Shown here in pieces: positions 28,704-37,175 of a DNA stretch of 64,000 bases; positions within the stretch are counted from its first letter, which is position 1, and each line of letters opens with the position of its first letter. The notes under the pieces are model-generated. The model saw only the letters and a list, made by a program, of their open reading frames with translations, ran no database searches and was not told the origin of the DNA. The DNA comes from an uncultured Nitrospiraceae bacterium (GTDB lineage Bacteria > Nitrospirota > Thermodesulfovibrionia > Thermodesulfovibrionales > Dissulfurispiraceae). A program made the position numbers and the translations under genes. Where the stretch lies: NCBI GenBank assembly GCA_963705105.1, contig CAVPIW010000012.1:288001-352000 (forward strand), read 5' to 3'.

Positions 28704-29078
28704 ATGGCACTGAAACCGATCACATTGAGACTTGACGAAGAGGAGTACGAGAAGCTGAGGGAGCACCTCGCTTCATTCGGCGACCCGGACATCAATGTCG
28801 CCTATGTTCTGAGGGCATACATCCGTGATCTCAACCGGGTCCTGCCCTATCTGCCGAAATCGGAGTGGGACCTGAAGAACTATTTCGGTCTCGTCGGGTT
28901 CTGGCTCAGGCAGTTCGTTTCTATGACGGACGTCGAGATGGTGACAAAGATGATGGGCCAATGGCCGCTCTGGTTCCCCGGAACGAAATCCGCAGGTCCC
29001 GGACCCGCCGACAGGGCGGAGCAGCCGGAAAAGAAAAAACGGAAGCACTCCGGCGAGGGAGATGCCGGCGAAAAATAA
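28704..29078 (+). CDS. Small protein with an RHH-like N-terminus
   Basis: KPITLRLDEEEYEKL..VAYVLRAYI. Confidence 0.55.
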   Translation: MALKPITLRLDEEEYEKLREHLASFGDPDINVAYVLRAYIRDLNRVLPYLPKSEWDLKNYFGLVGFWLRQFVSMTDVEMVTKMMGQWPLWFPGTKSAGPGPADRAEQPEKKKRKHSGEGDAGEK

Positions 29079-29159
29079 TGTGGCTGTAAACGGCGCATGA
29101 CGGCGCCGTAAAAATACGTGATTACTTTAATCATGCAGACAACAAACAGGGAGGAACAC

Positions 29160-29459
29160 ATGAACGCAAAGCTAGCAGGAATCGACGAGAAGATGGTATT
29201 TGGTGGTATTGACCCCAAGACCGCAGGGACGGAGACGCTGAAGCTGACGAAGACATTCTTCGAGACCGCCTACAGCAACATAATCAAGGTCCAGGACCTG
29301 AACGAGAAGATCGTGAAGGACATGATCGAGGTCGGCAAGGAAATCCAGGCTGATGCCCTGAAGATGGTCGATCTCTATCTCGGCAACGCCAAGAAGGGCA
29401 GGGACCAGTATAAGAAGGCCGTCGAAGAGAGCTTCAAGAGGGCGGAAGAAGTCCTCTAA
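29160..29459 (+). CDS. Phasin-like helical protein
   Basis: KTFFETAYSNIIKVQDLNEK..KKGRDQYKKAVEESF amphipathic pattern; RBS gggagg. Confidence 0.5.
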   Translation: MNAKLAGIDEKMVFGGIDPKTAGTETLKLTKTFFETAYSNIIKVQDLNEKIVKDMIEVGKEIQADALKMVDLYLGNAKKGRDQYKKAVEESFKRAEEVL

Positions 29460-29482
29460 GAGACGTATCTCATCGTCAGGAC

Positions 29483-29521
29483 AAGGGGGATGTCACCGCA
29501 CGGTGCATCCCCCCTTTTATT
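29483..29521. terminator. Terminator between convergent genes
   Basis: AAGGGGGATG...CATCCCCCTTTT. Confidence 0.75.
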
Positions 29522-29522
29522 T

Positions 29523-30524
29523 TCATTTCGATCGGGATGCGCCGGACCTGCTCTCGATAACGGCGCAGCTTGCCGCCCCGAGGAGTGCTGTTTTTGGGTT
29601 GACGATGATGCGGACGGGCATCGCCTGGAGGAGAGGCTTCAGCCTTCCCTTGGCGACGAAGGCATTCATGAAAAGCGGATCTTTCAGCTTCGGCAGGATC
29701 TTGGGAGCGATACCGCCTCCGATATAAATCCCTCCCGTCGCCATGATCTTCAGGGCGAAATTCCCGGCCTCCGATCCATACAGGGAGACGAAGAGATCAA
29801 GGGCCTGTTCGCAGAGAGGACTCTTTTTCTCGATGGCCATCTTCGATATGACCGCCGGCTGGTCATGGTGGCGCATATGTTCCGCAAGCCATGCCGGCTC
29901 CTCCGCCCGTCCCGTATCCCGCAGGAACTGATAGATATTCAGCAACCCGGGGCCGGAAACGACCCGTTCAAAGCTGACCCGCGAGAACCGTTCGAGGAGA
30001 TATTCAAGAAGGGCGATCTCGAGGTGATTCCGGGGCGCGAAATCGCTGTGACCGCCCTCCGAGGCGAAGGGCCTGTGACGTGTGTCGTCCCAGAACATAC
30101 CGGCCTCACCGAGCCCTGTGCCTGCTGAAATGACGGCCCTGTTTCCCCGCCGGTTGAGGGATCCTCTGTTCAGGACAACAAAATCCTTTGAATCCAGCAC
30201 ATCAATTCCATATGCATTCGCCTCGAGGTCATTGATCAGCCCTACCTGTCTCAGCTTCAGTATGCGGGCCACCTTACGGGCGTCGACGACCCAGGGCAGG
30301 TTGGTCGCCTCACACCGTCCGTTCAGGACAGGGCCGGCGACGCCGAAACAGGACAGGGTGACCTTTTCCTGGTGCTCCCCGAGGAATTTCCGGAGAACCG
30401 TCTCGAGGCTCGGATTCTCGCGGCTTGCAAAAGTCTTCTCGACGGCTATGGTGAACCGCCCGTTCTCCTCTTTCACAACGGCTATCCGTGTGTTCGTTCC
30501 TCCGATGTCTCCCGCAAGAATCAT
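29523..30524 (-). CDS. glk: Glucokinase
   Basis: GDIGGTN, GVAGPV, INDLEA, GTGLG, SEGGH, ERVVSG. Confidence 0.95.
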   Translation of the reverse strand: MILAGDIGGTNTRIAVVKEENGRFTIAVEKTFASRENPSLETVLRKFLGEHQEKVTLSCFGVAGPVLNGRCEATNLPWVVDARKVARILKLRQVGLINDLEANAYGIDVLDSKDFVVLNRGSLNRRGNRAVISAGTGLGEAGMFWDDTRHRPFASEGGHSDFAPRNHLEIALLEYLLERFSRVSFERVVSGPGLLNIYQFLRDTGRAEEPAWLAEHMRHHDQPAVISKMAIEKKSPLCEQALDLFVSLYGSEAGNFALKIMATGGIYIGGGIAPKILPKLKDPLFMNAFVAKGRLKPLLQAMPVRIIVNPKTALLGAASCAVIESRSGASRSK

Positions 30525-30677
30525 GACATGGCCTCCTCAGTAACTCTCATTGTAACGGGGTCTGTTATGAAAATTCCAGAGACGATATCTATACTTTTCG
30601 TGCGCTGCTCCAACGGGGACCGATATTGTCAGAGCATGCCACATCTGATACAATAAGTCAAAACAAGGGAGGTTTCC

Positions 30678-30899
30678 ATGAAATTTCTGAAGATATCTTC
30701 TGTTGCACTGGTTATCATGTATGGTCTCCTTTTGATGGGCTGCAGGGGCGGTGGGGCCGATGTGAAAACGTCGACAACGACGACGACAACCACCCTGGGA
30801 CAGGAGTTGCTCGACCTCAAGAAAGCCAGGGACCAGGGCGTCATAACCGATAAGGAGTATGAAACGATGAGGCAGGACATCATGAAGAAGAGGCAGTAA
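30678..30899 (+). CDS. SHOCT-domain lipoprotein
   Basis: Lipobox LMGC, Thr tract, LGQELLDLKKARDQGVIT..EY. Confidence 0.8.
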   Translation: MKFLKISSVALVIMYGLLLMGCRGGGADVKTSTTTTTTTLGQELLDLKKARDQGVITDKEYETMRQDIMKKRQ

Positions 30900-32149
30900 T
30901 GGCATCATCGCAGGAGCCGAAAAAGAAATCGCTGTTTTTCCTGTTTCTGCTCATGACGCTGGTCCTTCCGTTGACGTCGGTAAACGGTCAGGAGTCTAAA
31001 AAGCCGGTGCCGCCCGTCGTCGACATGCTCAAGAAAGAGACGGAACAGGTCCTTGCCCGGATCGATACCACCGTCGCTGCCGCATCCAAGAAGATCGCAG
31101 AGGCGGGCATCGACAGCGCAGAAGCCAGGGCCATCGTGCAGAAGGTCTGTTCCGACGTGCCGTCCGTGGTCAACTGCGCCGTCGTTGATATGAGGGGAAC
31201 AGTCATCGTGGCGGAGCCGGAACCGTTCAGGAAACTCGAGGGGACCAACAGGATCGGCCATGAGCATGTGAGGAAGATCCTGAAGACGGGCATCCCGACG
31301 CTGAGCAGCGCCTTCAAGGGAGACGACGGTACATATGGTGTCAGTGTGGCTCATTCCGTAAGGACCGATCGGGGACCGGGGGCTCTCATCGTCTCCTTCC
31401 GGCCGGAAATCCTCATCGGGGACATCATCAGAAGCATGGCCTTTTTTATACCCGTCCAAATTTTCTTCTTTGAAACGAACGGGAAGATTCTCTATACGGA
31501 GAACCGGGCGGACGTGGGCGTGAACATCCTGACCAACCCGAGACTTCAGACAAACAGACAACTGAGTGCCGTGGTTTGGAAGGCGTCAAAGATAAAAACG
31601 GGGTCGGATACTTTCGTGCCGTTAGACAAGGATGAAGGTGGTCCTCCCAGGAAGACCGCCCACTGGACGACTGTGGCGCTCCATGGAAAGGAATGGAGGA
31701 TCGTTTTTATAAGGCCGTTGCTGACCGAGGAGACGTATGGATTTCAGAAAAAGATACAACCTGACCTGTCACGCTCGGATGCAGCTCTCAGGGCATTCTG
31801 CGGCAAACCGGGGACGGTTCAGGCGCTTGCGACGGGTGACAGGGCGCAGGTCGCCAATGCGCTCAGGTCTTTCCATGGGGCGAATGCGGACATGTTTTCG
31901 GTTCAATGGATCAATGCCAACGGCGTCAATGTCCTGGGATACCCGGCCGAAAACAGCCTGAAAGATTACGACTTTAAGAAATTGCGTGACGCATCGGATG
32001 AGGAGGTTCTCAGGATCGTCCTTAACAAGAAAGAGGGCTCGCTGACGAGGCAAATGATCGTGGGAGGGACCGGCAGGTTGTTCATCTGTCCCGTGTTCCG
32101 CGACGGTGAGTACCTTGGATCAATCGGCTCGGTTTTTCTGATCGACTGA
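30899..32149 (+). CDS. Periplasmic Cache-domain protein
   Basis: Signal peptide; VDMRG.VI, GKILY, WTTV.LHGKEWR. Confidence 0.6.
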   Translation: MASSQEPKKKSLFFLFLLMTLVLPLTSVNGQESKKPVPPVVDMLKKETEQVLARIDTTVAAASKKIAEAGIDSAEARAIVQKVCSDVPSVVNCAVVDMRGTVIVAEPEPFRKLEGTNRIGHEHVRKILKTGIPTLSSAFKGDDGTYGVSVAHSVRTDRGPGALIVSFRPEILIGDIIRSMAFFIPVQIFFFETNGKILYTENRADVGVNILTNPRLQTNRQLSAVVWKASKIKTGSDTFVPLDKDEGGPPRKTAHWTTVALHGKEWRIVFIRPLLTEETYGFQKKIQPDLSRSDAALRAFCGKPGTVQALATGDRAQVANALRSFHGANADMFSVQWINANGVNVLGYPAENSLKDYDFKKLRDASDEEVLRIVLNKKEGSLTRQMIVGGTGRLFICPVFRDGEYLGSIGSVFLID

Positions 32150-32166
32150 ACAGACCGTTCCCCTTC

Positions 32167-32868
32167 TCAGTCTTCCTTTCTCAGGAGGACCATGAAAATC
32201 GCAAGGAACATTCTGATCATGTAAAAAAAAGGCTTCACTCCGCTGTGCATCGACTTGCCCACGGCCCGCTCCAGCATGCGCACGGGCGCCTCCACGACCC
32301 TGAACCGCATCTTGTGCAGGGCCATGATGATATTCACGTCGGGGTAATCGAGGGGGTAGTTGTCCCCCTTTGCGAGATAGGAATAAACCCTCCTGCTGAG
32401 CAACTGAAAGCCCGACGTGGGGTCCGTGAAAGCCGTTCCCGTATAGACGCGTGCAATGCGCGAGAAGATGTGGACGCCAAACCGCCGCATGATGCCCATC
32501 CTGTAATTTCCTTGGAGAAAACGTGACCCGATGACGACATCGGCTTCTTCCCTGCGCATCGCCTCGACAAGGGAAGCGATGGAATAGGGATCATGCTGTC
32601 CGTCTCCGTCAAGGGTGACGACGAAATCATACCCGTAGTCTTCGGCAAACCGGAACCCGGCCTGGATGGCGCCGCCATATCCGATATTGAAGGGAATGTC
32701 CAGGACCATGGCCTCCTGTTCACGGGCGACTTTAGAAGTACCGTCCGAGGACCCGTCGTTGACGACGAGGATGTCGGCATCAGGGCTGCTCCTTCTTGCG
32801 TCGGTGAGCACCTGACCGAGCGAAATTTCTTCGTTGAAGGCCGGGATGATGATCAGGCAGGGGTTCAT
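32167..32868 (-). CDS. GT2 (Dpm1-like) glycosyltransferase
   Basis: IIPAFNEE, VNDGSSD, DGDGQH, DPTSGF. Confidence 0.9.
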   Translation of the reverse strand: MNPCLIIIPAFNEEISLGQVLTDARRSSPDADILVVNDGSSDGTSKVAREQEAMVLDIPFNIGYGGAIQAGFRFAEDYGYDFVVTLDGDGQHDPYSIASLVEAMRREEADVVIGSRFLQGNYRMGIMRRFGVHIFSRIARVYTGTAFTDPTSGFQLLSRRVYSYLAKGDNYPLDYPDVNIIMALHKMRFRVVEAPVRMLERAVGKSMHSGVKPFFYMIRMFLAIFMVLLRKED

Positions 32869-32999
32869 GCCCGAATCCCGCGGAAAAGACGGCATGGGGA
32901 AAAGAGGAAAGACCGGCGCCGGAAGACGGCTGCTGATGGAAGGATGAGGATCATTAGTACTCATTATAGTCTCTCTCCCTGCCCGAGGTAAAGAAATTA

Positions 33000-33210
33000 C
33001 CTTACAGTTGCGTACAAAAGGCGGGACGAAGCGCCTCAAAGCCTTGCTGAAGGCGACGATGAGCCTCGTCAGGTTCGTCATTCAGGATTCCCTCTTCGTG
33101 TCATCGATCATTGGTGTATAGACCGTCTTTCGTTCTGATACAGGAGTCGCCGCAGCAAGGTTTTCGGCGCATACGCCCCGCCTTTCCAAAAAACGTATGC
33201 AACGATAAGG
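33000..33210 (+). repeat. Hairpin element copy I
   Basis: About 3 differences from copy H. Confidence 0.9.
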
Positions 33211-33295
33211 ATTATGCTAAGCTATGGAATAAAGGGCGGCTCCGGCGGCGATCCGGAGAGGATGAAGGACGTTTTGTCCCCAAGGTGAAAGACGC

Positions 33296-33709
33296 ATGGC
33301 CTACGAGGTGCTCGACATATCCGGCGATGCGGGAATACGCTCCTGCGGTGCAGGCTTCGAAGAGGCCCTGGCGGAAGCCGCCGTCGGCATGTTCAGCCTC
33401 ATCACGGATATCGGTCAGGTCCGGGAGGTGCGCTCCATCGACGTGCACGCGTCGGCCGATACGCCTGAGGCCCTCGTCGTCGGTCTCCTGAACGATATGG
33501 TCTTTCACTTCGACACCTACGGTTTCATCGGCAGGAGAGTCGAGATCATCGACCGGGACCGGTCATCCATCAGGGCGAGGGTTTACGGAGAGGAATTCGA
33601 TGCCGAGAGGCATGAGAGCCGCCTCCTCGTCAAGGCTGCGACATTCCATGACATAAGGGTCGCAGATGCCGGTGACCACTGGGAGATTGAAGTCGTCTTC
33701 GACATTTAG
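33296..33709 (+). CDS. Archease
   Basis: YEVLD.SGD, VKAATFH, terminal VVFDI; adjacent to rtcB. Confidence 0.9.
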   Translation: MAYEVLDISGDAGIRSCGAGFEEALAEAAVGMFSLITDIGQVREVRSIDVHASADTPEALVVGLLNDMVFHFDTYGFIGRRVEIIDRDRSSIRARVYGEEFDAERHESRLLVKAATFHDIRVADAGDHWEIEVVFDI

Positions 33710-33720
33710 GAGGTGCTGAG

Positions 33721-35166
33721 ATGGCAACGGAGAAATTGAAGAGAATAGACGCCAGCAGACTGGAGGTCCCGAAGGATTACAAGCCCGGCATGAGAACAAG
33801 GGGCATCATCTATGTCGACAGGAAACTGGAAGAGCTGCTCGAAGCCGGGTCGATCGAACAGGTCGCCAATGTGGCGACCCTGCCGGGCATCGTCGGGCCC
33901 TCTCTCGCAATGCCGGACATACACACCGGGTACGGGTTCCCCATCGGCGGCGTTGCCGCCTTCGACCTCGACGAGGGGATCATATCGCCGGGAGGCGTGG
34001 GATACGACATCAATTGAGGAGTGCGGCTCCTCAGGAGCAACCTCACCCGCGACGAGGTTGTTCCGGGATTGAAGGGCCTCGTGGAGGTCCTCTACAACAC
34101 CATTCCGGCGGGAGTCGGATCAAAGGGAAAAATCCGGATCGACAGGGACGTGCAGAGGCGCCTGCTTGTGCGGGGCGCCCGCTGGGCTGTCGAGGAGGGG
34201 TACGGGTCGCCGGCGGACCTTGACCATACGGAATCGGGCGGCTGTATCGACGGCGCCGACCCGGACGTTGTGAGCGAAAAGGCCTATGAAAGGGGAAGGG
34301 CGCAACAGGGCACTCTCGGGTCGGGGAACCACTTCCTCGAAGTCCAGTATGTCGATGAGATATACGATGAGAAGGCCGCCGATGCCCTCGGGCTGTTTAT
34401 CAACGGTGTGACGGTCATGATCCACTCCGGTTCCCGCGGTTTCGGCCACCAGGTCTGCACCGATTTCCTGGAGGTCATGGAAAGGTCTGTCAGCAAATAC
34501 GGATTCGACCTTCCCGACCGTGAGCTCGCCTGCGCTCCATTCCGGAGCAAAGAGGCTCAGAGCTATCTTGCCGCAATGAGGGCGGCGGCCAATTATGCCT
34601 GGGCGAACAGGCAGTGCCTCATGCACTGGACGAGGGAAGCCCTCATGACCTTCTATAGCCGGTCCCCACGGGATCTCGGCATGCACCTCGTCTATGATGT
34701 GGCGCACAATATCGCGAAAGTTGAGGACCACATCGTCGAAGGGAAAAAGCGCAGTCTGATCGTCCATCGAAAGGGCAGCACCCGTGCATTTCCGCCCGGT
34801 CACCCGGAGCTGCCCGATGCTTACCGGAACACGGGACAGCCGGTCCTTATCCCCGGTGACATGGGCAGGGCTTCTTTCGTCCTCCTCGGCACAGGCCGGG
34901 CGATGGAGGAAACGTTCGGCTCCACCTGCCACGGCGCAGGCAGGGTGATGTCGCGCAACCAGGCGATCAGGCAGGCGAAGGGACGGGCCATCTGGCGTGA
35001 AATGGAGGACAGGGGCATCATCGTGAGGGCCGCGGGCCGGGGCATCCTGGCGGAAGAAATGTCCGAGGCATATAAGGACATCTCCGATGTCGTCGACGTC
35101 GTACACAATGCGGGCATATCGACGAAAGTGGCGAGACTGAGGCCGCTGGGTGTCGTCAAGGGATGA
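33721..35166 (+). CDS. rtcB: RNA ligase RtcB, probable selenoprotein (TGA 34015-34017, GYDIN-U-GVR)
   Basis: The two ORF-track pieces are one frame split only by [46 protein letters not shown] intact. Confidence 0.9.
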
Positions 35167-35993
35167 GAGACAGGCTGCGGATCGGGAAAATTCCCTATCT
35201 CAATCTTTTCCCCGTCTTTCGCGTGCTTCAGCGGGACTGCGACTGCTCCGCCTACGATTTTATCGAGGGTGTGCCGTCGCAGGTCAACAGGATGCTGAGG
35301 TCGGGTGAGATCGACGTGAGTCCTTCGTCATCCATTGAGTACCTGCGCAACCCCTCCCTGTACGAGATCGTCGAAGGCCATTCGATCAGCTCGAAAGGCC
35401 CGATCGGCAGCATCCTCCTTTTCAGTCGGCGGGACATCGCCGATCTGGGAGGCGTGAACATCACCGTCACCGCTCAGTCGGAGACGTCGATCGGCCTGCT
35501 CGCCGTCGTGCTGACTCAATTTTTCGGAATTGAACCGCCTCTGGAGATTTCTCAAAGACCGGAACGGTCCGATGCCGATGCATTCCTCCTCATCGGAGAC
35601 GACGCCCTCAGACAGAGGCGCATGATTGCGGACACGGGGGAGACGGGGGAGCGGTCCTGCCGGGGGTTGAAGGTCTATGACCTGGGAGAGATATGGTTCG
35701 AACGGACGGGTCTGCCTTTTGTCTTTGCCCTCTGGATCGCCCGGAGGGATGTGACCCGGGAAACGGGACCTGTCCGTGACCTCTATGAAAGATTTCTGGC
35801 GGACATGGAAAGGGTGGGCAGAACAGCCCCCGGTGAATTCGGGTCCCTTGCCGCGGAAGCCCCGCTCAGGGAACATATGGAAGAGTCGGAGATCGTCTCG
35901 TACTGGCGGCAGATCGACTACGGGCTCACCGATGAAAGCAGAAAGGGCCTCAGGCTCTTCAAGGAGTTCCTGGACAGGATCGGGTACCTTTGA
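35163..35993 (+). CDS. mqnA: Chorismate dehydratase (futalosine pathway)
   Basis: IPYLN..P, SSIEY, SETS, LLIGDDAL, DLGE.W..TGLPFVFALW. Confidence 0.88.
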   Translation: MRDRLRIGKIPYLNLFPVFRVLQRDCDCSAYDFIEGVPSQVNRMLRSGEIDVSPSSSIEYLRNPSLYEIVEGHSISSKGPIGSILLFSRRDIADLGGVNITVTAQSETSIGLLAVVLTQFFGIEPPLEISQRPERSDADAFLLIGDDALRQRRMIADTGETGERSCRGLKVYDLGEIWFERTGLPFVFALWIARRDVTRETGPVRDLYERFLADMERVGRTAPGEFGSLAAEAPLREHMEESEIVSYWRQIDYGLTDESRKGLRLFKEFLDRIGYL

Positions 35994-36029
35994 GTCAGTG
36001 TCAGTGACAGGAACACGTCTTTCTAACCT

Positions 36030-37107
36030 TTAATTTCTCCTTTCAGCGGTCTCCATGCCGGCGACAGCCTGGGCTGACTGTATGGGGTTGACGGCGATCG
36101 CATCGCGCGCTTTCTGCGCAATCAGGGCATGCATTTGCGTCGTGGGATGCTGGTCGTCCCAGAAGATGGAGCCGCCTGCGTCGAAACCACCGGGAAGAGC
36201 GCTGCAATCGGGGACTCCGAAAAAGACGAGGCAGCCCGACGCCGGGCCCGGCGTCGTGAGTGTGTTTGTAAAACCGAAGACCAGGGGATTCGCCGAGATC
36301 TGCTTCAGCAGAGAATAAATATCGGGATAGTAAATAAACATGTCGGTATTGGCCGACACGAGCTGATTGACAGCCTGGCCCAGCATGAAATTGTGTGCAA
36401 GGGTCAGCTCGGTCATGGCGGCGCCGATGCCGGGACTGGTTGAGTCTATCGCTGCGACGAGCGGTGTTTCGCCCAGATCGGGCAGGTTGATCACCACAAA
36501 ATGACGGGCTCCCATGGAGTAGAGACTCTGGATAGCGCTGACGATGTTTCCGACCGTCACGGCAGGGTTCGGAGGAACGGGAATGCCGGCGGAAATGCCG
36601 GACTGCACGTAGTCGTTTGCACCGGACCACACGACATACAGTGCCGCGGGGATCGGCCACACCATTTGTCATTGCGGCAAAGTCCGACACCTGTCCCAAG
36701 AGGCCCCGCACCGTAATCACGTTGTTCGGAGTCGAGTTGGCGACGCCGGTACCGGCTGAACCATAGGCGAATGAGACACCCTCCTTCTTCGCAGGATCGA
36801 GCGACGGATCGAGGGATGGGCGGATGACGGGAATTCCCATGTCGGCAGCGAGGTATTCCGTCCAGACGGAGCCGTTGCTGAAGCGTCCGGAAAAATAGCG
36901 TGTTTCCGGCGGCATGGGGTACCCTGTCTCATTCAGGCTCTTGGTCAGGTCGTTTCCGATATCGGAGAGGCTGTCGCCGAAAACGATGACCCTGCTGAAG
37001 CCCTGCTGCTGCGGTTTTTTTTCCGAATCTCCGCCGCCTCCGCCTCCGCATGCCGTGAGAAAAGGCAGCAGGAAAATAACAAACAGGATAACGACAGAGG
37101 AACGCAT
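36030..37107 (-). CDS. SGNH/GDSL esterase lipoprotein (one frameshift near 36650)
   Basis: RBS GGGAGG, lipobox LTAC, FGDSLSD, GRFSNG, then GANDY and FWDDQHPT in another frame. Confidence 0.8.
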
Positions 37108-37175
37108 CAGTTGCCTCCCGTCGGACCGGGTGACACTCCTCCCGTCTCCCCCTTCATCAAACTCACGCAGTGTGT

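Noticed and set aside
554..34017. Genome-wide reassignment of TGA (genetic code 4 or 25)
   Set aside because: TGA ends many genes at their expected C-termini, often in ATGA/GTGA overlaps; the in-frame cases align only to Cys
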